From a virus: a stretch of DNA of 64,000 nt. Shown here piece by piece: positions 1-7,996 of the stretch. Each line of letters begins with the position of its first letter. The first letter of the stretch is position 1. The notes beneath the pieces were generated by a model, which worked only from the letters and a program-made list of their open reading frames with translations, ran no database searches and was not told where the DNA came from. The stretch lies in IMG/VR virus record IMGVR_UViG_3300028827_000100, positions 1-64,000 of that record, one strand, 5' to 3'. The position numbers were made by a program, and so were the translations under genes.

Positions 1-429
1 CCCCAGATTAATCTGGGGACGTTTTTTTTAAAAAAACGGTACAGAAGCCGTCTAAAGCCGTAAAAATGGCTTAAAAACGATTTCATTAAGCCGCTTTTCT
101 GTAAGTCCTTGAAAAATAAGGATTTTATATAGTATCGGAAAAACGGTATTTTTTCTGAAAAAGAAGAGGGAATATTTCTTGCAAAGAAGTTGCAAAAATC
201 ATACCGTTTCAAGACGATTTTTTTGAAGAGTTTTTTTAGAAATTTCGCTATAAATTTATTTATTAGTAATATTTAGTTTTTATATATATATAGCGAAAGT
301 GAATGTAAAAAAGTAAGATAAGTTATTGTTTTTAAATAAAAAAACAGTCTTTTTTCAGAAAAAACACACTTCTTGAAAAAAGTGTAAAAAAATACACGAA
401 AAACTGCTTGAAAAACTGCTTTTTGGAGG
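1..429. other. AT-rich non-coding region with perfect palindromes and short direct repeats (possible origin/regulatory region)
   Basis: CCCCAGATTAATCTGGGG (1-18) and CGT8A8CG (20-39) are perfect palindromes; tandem AAAAACTGCTT near 399-422; no credible ORF. Confidence 0.5.
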
Positions 430-753
430 GTGAAAAAAATGGTCGAAAAAGACAGAAAAAACGGTAAAAACAGCACAAAAATACATACAAAAGATGTTGT
501 TGAAACATCTGATAGCAGATTTTCTTCAGATTATGACAGAATTACACTCTTTTTTGATGCGGACAGAAAAATTCTCGAAGTTTTTTTCGTTAGAAAAAAG
601 GGTGGAGTGTATCATATTGAAAAGCACGTTTTCAGGAATGTCAAACAGACTGCTTACAGAAATGTTGCTCACTTTCTTGAAAGAGAAAGGTGGAAAGATT
701 TTTGGGAATATTTGTCCACTCTTGAACTTGCTTGCGTGACGAGGGTTCTATAA
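430..753 (+). CDS. hypothetical protein
   Basis: ORF preceded by GGAGG; same strand as all neighbours. Confidence 0.65.
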   Translation: MKKMVEKDRKNGKNSTKIHTKDVVETSDSRFSSDYDRITLFFDADRKILEVFFVRKKGGVYHIEKHVFRNVKQTAYRNVAHFLERERWKDFWEYLSTLELACVTRVL

Positions 754-775
754 GAAAGAAAGGAGGACAGTAGAG

Positions 776-1942
776 GTGAAGAAGGTGAGAAAGATATTAA
801 AGAGAAACAGAAGCAATGTTAATGTGATAGAGTTCGGTGACTGTCGTGAAATCCTGAAGCGATGGATTGACGAAGGGGTACAAGTTCATACTTGTGTAAC
901 ATCTCCACCTTACTACGGGTTAAGAGATTACGGCGTGGATGGACAGATAGGTATGGAAGAAACACCCGAAGAATATGTTGCTAACTTGGTTGAAATATTT
1001 CGTCTTGTTCGAAAGGTGTTGCGTGACGATGGGACGTTGTGGTTGAATTTGGGGGATAGTTATGCCTCCAATTTGTATATGAGAAATGCACATAAATACA
1101 AAGACAGAAAAGATGTTAGGGGTGGGGAGTATAAAATTAAAGCAAAAGATTTGATGGGTATCCCGTGGCGAGTAGCCTTCGCACTGCAAGCCGATGGCTG
1201 GTACTTGAGACAAGATATAATCTGGCACAAGCCAAATCCGATGCCAGAGGCTGTAGCTGATAGATGTACAAAGGCGCATGAATATATATTTCTGTTGAGT
1301 AAATCCAAGAAATATTATTATGACCAACTGGCTACACTGGAACCAGCTATTAGCGGAATTAAATCCCCTGGAAAGTCAAGAACAGATAGTTACCACAAAT
1401 TAATTTTACCGGATGGCACACCCCCGTTTCAGCAAGAAGTCAAATCTTGGGGAAGTATTGATGGTAATCGAAACAAACATTCTGTTTGGACTGTTACTCT
1501 AACCCCATACAAAGAGGCTCATTTTGCGACGTATCCACCGTCTTTGATAGAGCCGTGCATTCTTGCCGGAACATCCGAAAAAGGGTGTTGTCCGGTTTGT
1601 GGTTCTCCGTGGGAGCGCAAAATTAAAAGGAGAAAAACAGGTTCTGTCAAGCCAAGAACTTTTGGTAAATCTGGGAACAAAGACAGGACAGATATTGGAT
1701 GGGTATATGAAGGTTTGATTACAACAACCGTTGGTTGGAGACCTACTTGCAGTTGTAATGCGGGAGACCCCGTACCATGCATTGTTCTTGACCCATTTAT
1801 GGGGAGTGGTACAACAGCGGCGGTGGCTGTAAAGCATAATCGAAATTATATAGGTTGCGAACTGAACAAAGAATATAAAAAGTTACAAGATGAAAGAATT
1901 AAGTTGGCGAAAATCGACAAATATGGTTTTTTTTGGTTTTAA
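776..1942 (+). CDS. DNA methyltransferase (N4-C/N6-A, beta class) with Cys-rich insert
   Basis: TSPPY catalytic motif precedes DPFMGSGTT SAM-binding motif; IIWHKPNPMPE; CPVCG/PTCSC insert. Confidence 0.93.
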   Translation: MKKVRKILKRNRSNVNVIEFGDCREILKRWIDEGVQVHTCVTSPPYYGLRDYGVDGQIGMEETPEEYVANLVEIFRLVRKVLRDDGTLWLNLGDSYASNLYMRNAHKYKDRKDVRGGEYKIKAKDLMGIPWRVAFALQADGWYLRQDIIWHKPNPMPEAVADRCTKAHEYIFLLSKSKKYYYDQLATLEPAISGIKSPGKSRTDSYHKLILPDGTPPFQQEVKSWGSIDGNRNKHSVWTVTLTPYKEAHFATYPPSLIEPCILAGTSEKGCCPVCGSPWERKIKRRKTGSVKPRTFGKSGNKDRTDIGWVYEGLITTTVGWRPTCSCNAGDPVPCIVLDPFMGSGTTAAVAVKHNRNYIGCELNKEYKKLQDERIKLAKIDKYGFFWF

Positions 1943-1962
1943 TGATTGAAGGGTTTTAAAGT

Positions 1963-2217
1963 ATGATTTTTGGAAAAGAGTTTGATTCAAAAAGATATGG
2001 GCGTGAAAAGATAACGGTTTTCTACAATGAGAACATGGCACAGCTTGAAGTTTATGTTGAAAGGGAAAAAGATGCGACTGTAAAAAGATATAAATATAGA
2101 GATGTGGCTCTGATAAATGCAGTGAGAATGAAAAAACATCTTGTAAACGGAAACGTTGGCAAGTTCTGGCAGTTTGCAAGAAAACATGAACTTATGGATG
2201 AAATGGACATATACTGA
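1963..2217 (+). CDS. hypothetical protein
   Basis: ORF in operon-like spacing. Confidence 0.6.
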   Translation: MIFGKEFDSKRYGREKITVFYNENMAQLEVYVEREKDATVKRYKYRDVALINAVRMKKHLVNGNVGKFWQFARKHELMDEMDIY

Positions 2218-2225
2218 ATGAGGGG

Positions 2226-2774
2226 GTGTTGATTGTGATAGCTTTTGATATTGATGGTGTTGTTGTGGATGTATATGATTCCGTGCACAGGGAAATCAGA
2301 AGGAGGACCGGTTTGTCTGAAACGTATTGTGAACCGTCTTATGATTTTTATCTTGATTACGGCCTTACACACGAAGACTTCATGGAAGCTTTTTCACATC
2401 TCGTTATGACGCACAAATTCAAGCCGATGAAAAATTCATTTCGTGTTCTCAAAAAATATGCGGACAAAACCGGAATGATATATTTTATAACGAACAGACC
2501 TGAACATCTGATTCCATATACGAGAGAGTGGTTTCTGGAGTACAGAGCCTGTTTCCCGTTTGAGATAGTGAATGTGGATGGTTCAAAAACAGAGGCGGCA
2601 AGGAAAATTGGATGTGATGGTATAGTGGATGACCACATGGACAACGTCAGAGATTTTGTAAATTCCGGCATGAAAGGTTTTTTGTTCTTCCAGCCGTGGC
2701 ACACTTTTTACGACCTGTCTGGATTGAATGTTGTAAATAGCTGGAGTGAACTTGCTGAAATTCTTGGCGTGTAA
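2226..2774 (+). CDS. HAD-superfamily 5'(3')-deoxyribonucleotidase-like protein
   Basis: DIDGVV motif I, ITNR motif II, K and VDDH motifs III/IV, F.QPW. Confidence 0.85.
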   Translation: MLIVIAFDIDGVVVDVYDSVHREIRRRTGLSETYCEPSYDFYLDYGLTHEDFMEAFSHLVMTHKFKPMKNSFRVLKKYADKTGMIYFITNRPEHLIPYTREWFLEYRACFPFEIVNVDGSKTEAARKIGCDGIVDDHMDNVRDFVNSGMKGFLFFQPWHTFYDLSGLNVVNSWSELAEILGV

Positions 2775-2803
2775 ATTCATTTAAGTAGGGGGTGATTCTT
2801 TGA

Positions 2804-2968
2804 ATGAGAGATGCTTTTGAAAAAACACTGTGCATGGATAACTTGCTTGTTGCTCAAAAAGTCTTGAGATATTTGGCGAAAGATGAGACAAATGCTGAAT
2901 TTGACAACACAGCCATTAATCATGTAATGAAACTGTTGGATGAAAAAATACGTGAAGTAAACAAATAA
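2804..2968 (+). CDS. small hypothetical protein (54 aa)
   Basis: Hand-translated ORF MRDAFEKTLC...REVNK after GGGGGTG RBS; below ORF-track cut-off. Confidence 0.55.
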   Translation: MRDAFEKTLCMDNLLVAQKVLRYLAKDETNAEFDNTAINHVMKLLDEKIREVNK

Positions 2969-2998
2969 GTTTTATCCGGTATGAGAGGAGGAAAAAAA

Positions 2999-3862
2999 AT
3001 GTTTGAAGTGATTGAAAAACTGAATAAGGATTTGAAGGAAGCGGCAAAGAGACTTGAAGGGAGGGAATGCAGGTATCTCGTTGATGCATATTACATGATT
3101 CAAGAGTATAGAAAGTCTCTTGCAAATCAAATCAGGATGTCCGGCGATGAACCTAACGCCCTGATTGGCTGGATGTTTGAGCAGGCAAAGGTTGTTGAGA
3201 ACAACATCAAAAGAGCGTTAGATGTTTACACTGACGAAAATCCTGTTGGCGTCTGGATGAAATCAATCAAAGGCATTGGCCCTGTTCTTGCGGCAGGATT
3301 ACTTGCTCATATAGACATAGAGAAAGCACCTACTGTTGGGCACATCTGGTCATTTGCCGGACTTGACCCCACGAAGAAGTGGGGGAAGGGGCAGAAGAGA
3401 CCGTGGAATGCACGGTTGAAAACTTTATGCTGGAAGATAGGAGATTGTTTTGTTAAGGTCTCAAATCGCCCTGATGATTTGTATGGTAAGCTGTACAAGG
3501 AGAGAAAAGAATATGAAATCAGCAAAAACTTGAGAGGGGAATATGCAGAGCAGGCGGCAGAAATTTTGAGAACAAAAAATATAGGTCGTGACACGGAAGC
3601 GTACAAATATTATGTTCAGGGGCTTCTGCCGCCGGGCCATATAGACATGAGGGCAAGAAGATATGCTGTTAAACAGTTCCTTGCTGATTTACACTATGTA
3701 TGGTATAGATACCATTTTAAGAAGGAGCCGCCAAAACCGTATCCTATAGCTATACTTGGCCATGCTCATGAGAGGGAAAAGCCATTGTTTAGAACGATTG
3801 TTCCGGCAAAGCGAGCCATAGAAAAGGATAGTACCCGGAATAGGGAGCGAAAAAGTATATAG
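2999..3862 (+). CDS. IS110/Nop-domain RNA-binding protein without RuvC, TIGR-associated TasA-like
   Basis: N-terminal coiled coil, then IKGIGPVLAAGLL..IWSFAGLDP..WNARLK..H.DMRARRYAVKQFL (IS110 Transposase_20/Nop-like); no DEDD RuvC or HNH; start at 2999 after GAGGAGG; directly followed by periodic array. Confidence 0.8.
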   Translation: MFEVIEKLNKDLKEAAKRLEGRECRYLVDAYYMIQEYRKSLANQIRMSGDEPNALIGWMFEQAKVVENNIKRALDVYTDENPVGVWMKSIKGIGPVLAAGLLAHIDIEKAPTVGHIWSFAGLDPTKKWGKGQKRPWNARLKTLCWKIGDCFVKVSNRPDDLYGKLYKERKEYEISKNLRGEYAEQAAEILRTKNIGRDTEAYKYYVQGLLPPGHIDMRARRYAVKQFLADLHYVWYRYHFKKEPPKPYPIAILGHAHEREKPLFRTIVPAKRAIEKDSTRNRERKSI

Positions 3863-4054
3863 CCATAAGGATGGATAGCACCAACTTGGTTGAGTGAGCC
3901 TTATGAATTGCGGATGGGTTTATGCCATGTGAGTAGAGTGAGCCATCGAAAAAGAGCGAGTCATGATTAGTGAGAGTACCAAAAAAGTTAGAACGGGTCA
4001 TATCCATTGAGAGTACCACAACACCCGTGCGAATTATGTGACGAGAGTGCACCA
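3809..4054 (+). repeat. TIGR-like dual-repeat array (10-nt repeats, 8-9-nt variable spacers, 18/36-nt period)
   Basis: Type A repeats ~GAG(C/T)GAG(C/T)CA at 3809, 3845 (broken), 3892, 3936, 3954, 3991, 4027 (degenerate); type B ~GA(G/T)AG(T/C)ACCA at 3827, 3874, 3972, 4009, 4045; spacers all different. Confidence 0.8.
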
Positions 4055-4089
4055 AAATTCAAATTAAAACGAAAGGGGGTGATGATTGC

Positions 4090-4416
4090 ATGAAAGTAGG
4101 TGATACTGGCAATGTTAACGTGGAGAATCTTAAGGTTGAGGATGGTGCTACAAAAATGAATATAGTCGGCGGGTTTGGGATTGTGCATGATTATCTTTCT
4201 GAATTGAGTGCTGTAATTGATACTCTTGAGACAAGACTCAAACCTGTAACAGGGAAGATGTCCCTAAAGCCATGCGATGAAGAAAAGAAGATTAGCGGTG
4301 TCAGTTTTGTGGGGCATTTAGAATCCGAGGTTGGCGTAAATTTACGGGAGACGATTGCGCACGTACAGGAGGCAACTGAAAGATTGCATAATATAATTAT
4401 GAATCTTGAAATTTAA
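4090..4416 (+). CDS. hypothetical protein
   Basis: ORF with GGGGGT RBS. Confidence 0.65.
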   Translation: MKVGDTGNVNVENLKVEDGATKMNIVGGFGIVHDYLSELSAVIDTLETRLKPVTGKMSLKPCDEEKKISGVSFVGHLESEVGVNLRETIAHVQEATERLHNIIMNLEI

Positions 4417-4463
4417 GTTCCCGCCATTAGCGGCGTGGCGGGCGAATACCTCCTTCTGATTTC

Positions 4464-4493
4464 GGGGTCGCATTTTGCGACCCCACTTTTTTT
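4464..4493 (+). terminator. intrinsic terminator
   Basis: GGGGTCGC-ATTTT-GCGACCCC followed by T-run. Confidence 0.85.
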
Positions 4494-4509
4494 ATAATTG
4501 GAGTGAAAT

Positions 4510-4902
4510 ATGGAATGCAGGTATTTTGAGATAGAATGCAAGTATGCAGACGTGGACAGCAACGGGTTTGTCTGCCTTGGTTCTCCCGACGTTTGTCCAT
4601 ACGGAGAACCTGTAATGGAGAAAATCAAAGAAGGGCATACAAGGCACTGTGCATGTAGGATTGTTCACGGTGACGGCAAGTGCGAATGCGGCATGAGCGA
4701 CGGTTCACCCGAAAAGAAGCAACGGGAGTGCCCATCCTGTGGAGCGAAAGGGGCTTGGAAGGATTCAGTTGATTTGACTGATACGAAAGTTGATGTTGAA
4801 TTTGGTTGCCTGTTTTGTCATTGCAGGTGGCGGGAAAGATATATCTTAACGTATGTTGGAACTCAAATCCTGAAACAGGGAAATCAGAAAAATGAAGTGT
4901 AA
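4510..4902 (+). CDS. Cys-rich putative zinc-binding protein
   Basis: Multiple Cys clusters (HCAC, CECG, CPSCG, CLFC). Confidence 0.65.
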   Translation: MECRYFEIECKYADVDSNGFVCLGSPDVCPYGEPVMEKIKEGHTRHCACRIVHGDGKCECGMSDGSPEKKQRECPSCGAKGAWKDSVDLTDTKVDVEFGCLFCHCRWRERYILTYVGTQILKQGNQKNEV

Positions 4903-4919
4903 AGCGGTTATATTCAAAA

Positions 4920-5159
4920 TTGAAATTGTTGATACAAGGGGATAATTTTGCGGAGTTATCAATGAAAAGATTAAAAATGACAATTGAGCTTGAATGTGAT
5001 GATAGGCTATTTAATGAAAGCGATCCTGAAGAGGTATCTTGGTTTTTCAATTATGTCATGAAAAAGAAGTTGTTATTGCATAGTAATGAAATTGGAGATG
5101 TTGTTGGGACTGTCAAAGTGATTAAATGCGATAATTTAACCATGGAAGGGAAGGGATAA
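4920..5159 (+). CDS. hypothetical protein (true start possibly 4962 or 4977)
   Basis: ORF abuts next gene. Confidence 0.55.
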   Translation: MKLLIQGDNFAELSMKRLKMTIELECDDRLFNESDPEEVSWFFNYVMKKKLLLHSNEIGDVVGTVKVIKCDNLTMEGKG

Positions 5160-5160
5160 G

Positions 5161-5433
5161 ATGACGTTGTATAGCATTGTCAAGGAGTGGTTGAAAGAGC
5201 ATGGCTATGACGGTCTTGTGTTAGATGGAAAGACCTGCCGTGGTTGTGGCCTTGATGCTCTTATGTCCTGTCTGGAGCCGGATGTGAACTGTGCACCGGC
5301 GAAAAGAGTTTTATGCAAGGATTGTAGAAGCAGGAAGGGTTGTTCTGTATACAGGGATTACAAAGAGGGAAAAATTCAGGGAGTTCCACATTGTTATAAA
5401 ATCCCGGAAGGAACTTTAGGGAGGAGTGAATGA
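5161..5433 (+). CDS. Cys-rich hypothetical protein
   Basis: WLKEHGYDGL..CRGC..CKDC. Confidence 0.65.
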   Translation: MTLYSIVKEWLKEHGYDGLVLDGKTCRGCGLDALMSCLEPDVNCAPAKRVLCKDCRSRKGCSVYRDYKEGKIQGVPHCYKIPEGTLGRSE

Positions 5434-5693
5434 TTAAAGTCAGTATAACAGCCATTAAAGAAGAAGGTTTGGAATGGTTGAGGTCATATACCATCTATTT
5501 GCCTTACCAAGACTGGACAATCATTGAAACCTTATTAAACAGGTTTGGCAGGAAGATCGACGATGCCTAACGTAAAGAAAGCAACATCTGTTGTCATTGT
5601 AACGGAGCCGGAGTATACGAACGAACCTTGGGAGCCGGACTCCAGCGAAAGAATCTGCCCGTTCTGCGATGGGACGGGGGTGATGGAGGATGA

Positions 5694-6026
5694 GTGATGA
5701 CCTTTGACGAATACCAGAAGAAAGCAAGACAAGTCGCAATCTATCCCAACAAGGGAAACAACATCATCTATCCAGCACTGGGTCTTTGCGGCGAGGCTGG
5801 AGAAGTTGCGGAGAAAATCAAAAAAATCCTTAGAGATAAGGGTGGCAATGTAAGTATAGAGGATAGAGAATCTATTGCCTACGAGTTGGGAGATGCCCTG
5901 TGGTACATATATGCACTGGCAGACGAGCTGGAACTATCCTTAGATGACATTGCAAGGATGAACCTTGAAAAACTGTTCTCTCGAAAAAGGAGAGGCAAAC
6001 TACAGGGAGATGGTGATGACAGGTAA
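5694..6026 (+). CDS. MazG-like nucleoside triphosphate pyrophosphohydrolase
   Basis: LGLCGEAGEVAEKIKK and ELGDALWY motifs; NLEKL.SR..RG...GDGD.R C-terminus. Confidence 0.9.
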   Translation: MMTFDEYQKKARQVAIYPNKGNNIIYPALGLCGEAGEVAEKIKKILRDKGGNVSIEDRESIAYELGDALWYIYALADELELSLDDIARMNLEKLFSRKRRGKLQGDGDDR

Positions 6027-6034
6027 GATTTCAC

Positions 6035-6253
6035 ATGAGAAAGGGGGTGGGTAATGTGGATGGGTGTCAGGTGGTAAGTGGCAAGTGTCCGTATGGCATT
6101 GTAAATGCGTCTGATACTTTCATGAAAAATTGTATAAGGTGTGATCCCGTGCTTGGCAAGAAGTTTTTACTTGAATCTATTGCAAAAAGAAGTTTCATAG
6201 AGGTTTCAAGGCGAAGCATGAAAATGAAAAAGAGGGGCGGGGGTAATAAGTGA
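6035..6253 (+). CDS. hypothetical protein
   Basis: short ORF with CPYG/CIRC. Confidence 0.45.
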   Translation: MRKGVGNVDGCQVVSGKCPYGIVNASDTFMKNCIRCDPVLGKKFLLESIAKRSFIEVSRRSMKMKKRGGGNK

Positions 6254-6315
6254 TATTTATACGGCTATAAGTTATAGTCTTATATCTACAATAAATAGTC
6301 GAAAAGTCTTAAATG

Positions 6316-6324
6316 TGATATAAT
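6316..6324 (+). promoter_or_regulatory. extended -10 (TGnTATAAT) host-type promoter of the acrIII-1 cassette
   Basis: TGATATAAT in AT-rich intergenic DNA about 55 nt upstream of the ATG; hairpin GCCGGG...CCCGGT just downstream. Confidence 0.65.
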
Positions 6325-6378
6325 ATATATGCCGGGGGTGGAGTGTCCCGGTAATAAAAAAAAGAAGGAGGTATTTTT

Positions 6379-6720
6379 ATGCTGGGTCCAGTTGCCATTC
6401 TTAATTCCCCAATTCTGACAGGGTGGGGTGTTTATTCATGGACACCCCTCACAGTGGAGGAGGCCAAAGAGCTCATAGCCAAGCATGGTTATGAGTCAGC
6501 GGTGGGGCATGAGGCTACCGCCGCTTTTCTCTCACGCCTCTTGGGGGTTGAAATCCCAATGAGGCGAATCCGTGTCGCCATGGGTGGCGATACGGAGGGG
6601 GAATTTCTTCACGCAATCGTCTTGCGGTTGCGTGAGAGACTCCCGGAGGGGAAGGTCCTCTCCGAAGAGGAGATGGCCAAGGTCGAGTATGACCTTGGTT
6701 ATCTCGAATGGGGGATGTAA
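6379..6720 (+). CDS. acrIII-1: AcrIII-1 family (DUF1874/STIV B116/YddF) anti-CRISPR ring nuclease
   Basis: ILNS.I, ESAVGHEATAAFLSRLLGVEIP.RR, RLPEGKVL match the DUF1874 signature, including the GH histidine. Confidence 0.88.
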   Translation: MLGPVAILNSPILTGWGVYSWTPLTVEEAKELIAKHGYESAVGHEATAAFLSRLLGVEIPMRRIRVAMGGDTEGEFLHAIVLRLRERLPEGKVLSEEEMAKVEYDLGYLEWGM

Positions 6721-6742
6721 TCCCCCTCCTCAATCCACCCGC

Positions 6743-6768
6743 AAGCCCCGCTTCGGCGGGGCTTTTTT
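6743..6768 (+). terminator. intrinsic terminator
   Basis: AAGCCCCGC-TTCG-GCGGGGCTT followed by T-run. Confidence 0.9.
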
Positions 6769-6807
6769 ATTGCGCAAAACTAAACTAACTTTTAGGAGGT
6801 AAAAAAA

Positions 6808-7053
6808 ATGAACTTTCATGATTTTTTGGAAAAGTTTGATTATGGTGAAATATATGAGGATGAGACCGGGGCGTATGTGAAATTGCTTTCCCCGGATGAG
6901 GAGGGTATTGACAGGATTGAAGTGTGGAAATTGAGTCCAAATGGATTAACGGGTGATGGCTATTCCCCCTACCACGGGGAGTATTATGACGGGTTGATAA
7001 ATCCCGGCTTTGACGATGACAGCGAAAAGGCAAAATTAATTGAGGTAGTGTAA
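6808..7053 (+). CDS. small acidic hypothetical protein
   Basis: AGGAGGT RBS; D/E-rich. Confidence 0.7.
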   Translation: MNFHDFLEKFDYGEIYEDETGAYVKLLSPDEEGIDRIEVWKLSPNGLTGDGYSPYHGEYYDGLINPGFDDDSEKAKLIEVV

Positions 7054-7529
7054 TGAAATATTACATAGGGATTGATAACGGGGTAACGGGGCATGTTGCT
7101 GTCGTAAGTGAAGATGGCAGGGTGTTGCATTATGCCCCAGTCCCGACAAAAAAAGAGCTTTCGTATACGAAGAAAGTACAACATATAACTCGAATTGACA
7201 ATCCGGCCTTGCGAAAGCTCTTGAGAAAATACAAGATGAAAGGGTTGACAAAAGTGGTCATAGAAAGGCCGCTTGTTACCCCGAAAAGATTTAAGGCGAG
7301 CCTTTCTGCAATGAGGGCACTTGAGTCTGTTCTTGTTGCTATAGAACATCTCAAACTTCCTTATCAGTACATAGACAGTAAGGAGTGGCAAAAAGCACTC
7401 CTGCCCGACAAGGTGAAAGAGACCAAAAAGGCGGCAGTGCAGGTTGCAGGGAGACTTTTCCCTGACGTCGATACCAAAGACGCCGATGCCTTGCTGATTG
7501 CAGAATACGCACGCAGAAACAATCTTTAG
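7053..7529 (+). CDS. RuvC-like Holliday junction resolvase (phage type)
   Basis: YIGIDNG, VVIERP, S.EWQK, DADALLIAEY catalytic acidic residues. Confidence 0.85.
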   Translation: MKYYIGIDNGVTGHVAVVSEDGRVLHYAPVPTKKELSYTKKVQHITRIDNPALRKLLRKYKMKGLTKVVIERPLVTPKRFKASLSAMRALESVLVAIEHLKLPYQYIDSKEWQKALLPDKVKETKKAAVQVAGRLFPDVDTKDADALLIAEYARRNNL

Positions 7530-7532
7530 GGT

Positions 7533-7616
7533 GTCGGGGTGGTGGAATTGGCAGACACGGAGGTCTCAAAAATCTCTGGCTTGTCCGTGCGGGTTCGAGT
7601 CCCGCTCCCGACACCA
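7533..7616 (+). tRNA. tRNA-Leu (anticodon CAA)
   Basis: Acceptor GTCGGGG/TCCCGAC + A-CCA; D arm GGTGGAATTGGCAGACAC; anticodon stem GAGGT/ATCTC with loop CTCAAAA; long variable arm; GGTTCGAGTCC T arm. Confidence 0.95.
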
Positions 7617-7633
7617 CAGAAAAGGAGGCAAGA

Positions 7634-7996
7634 ATGGAAAAGTGTCATATATGCGGTGGGGTAGACACCTGCCCTGCTGGAAAATACAGTGATGTAAAAG
7701 CACCTGTTGACAATGTTGATATTCGATATTGGACAGGAGAGAAAATACCGGAAGGGTGGGTCTTGACTCACAGCCGCAAGCGATACTCTGTTATAGTGAG
7801 AGAGAAAAACGGTGACGGATACGGGCTGATATTCGTTGGTAGTATGCAAAGGCACAGGATTGAAGCTCATTATGGAGTTAGACCTGTTTGGGTCGGGCAG
7901 TGTGAGTATGCGATATATGTTCGGCCATGGGTGGAAGGGTATTTGACCCATAAACCTTTCAGTGAATTGGGGGAGGTGTGTCATGAATGGTTTTGA
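7634..7996 (+). CDS. hypothetical protein
   Basis: AGGAGG RBS; N-terminal CHIC. Confidence 0.65.
   Translation: MEKCHICGGVDTCPAGKYSDVKAPVDNVDIRYWTGEKIPEGWVLTHSRKRYSVIVREKNGDGYGLIFVGSMQRHRIEAHYGVRPVWVGQCEYAIYVRPWVEGYLTHKPFSELGEVCHEWF

Noticed and set aside
2999-3862. Calling this gene an active IS110 transposase/insertion sequence
   Set aside because: No N-terminal DEDD RuvC domain and no recognisable element ends; an adjacent periodic mini-spacer array fits a Tas-like protein better
3809-4054. CRISPR array
   Set aside because: Repeats are 10 nt of two alternating types with 8-9-nt spacers, far from CRISPR dimensions; no cas genes in the window
4417-4493. Second tRNA
   Set aside because: No TTC T-loop, D-arm or cloverleaf; only two hairpins
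6781-6795. Self-target of a TIGR spacer (TAACTTTT resembles the reverse complement of aaaaagtta)
   Set aside because: Partial match to one short AT-rich spacer only; the paired spacer does not match next to it, so it is expected by chance
7053-7529. RuvC as the trans-acting nuclease of the Tas protein
   Set aside because: It lies 3 kb away beyond two terminators and resembles an ordinary phage Holliday junction resolvase; no evidence of linkage
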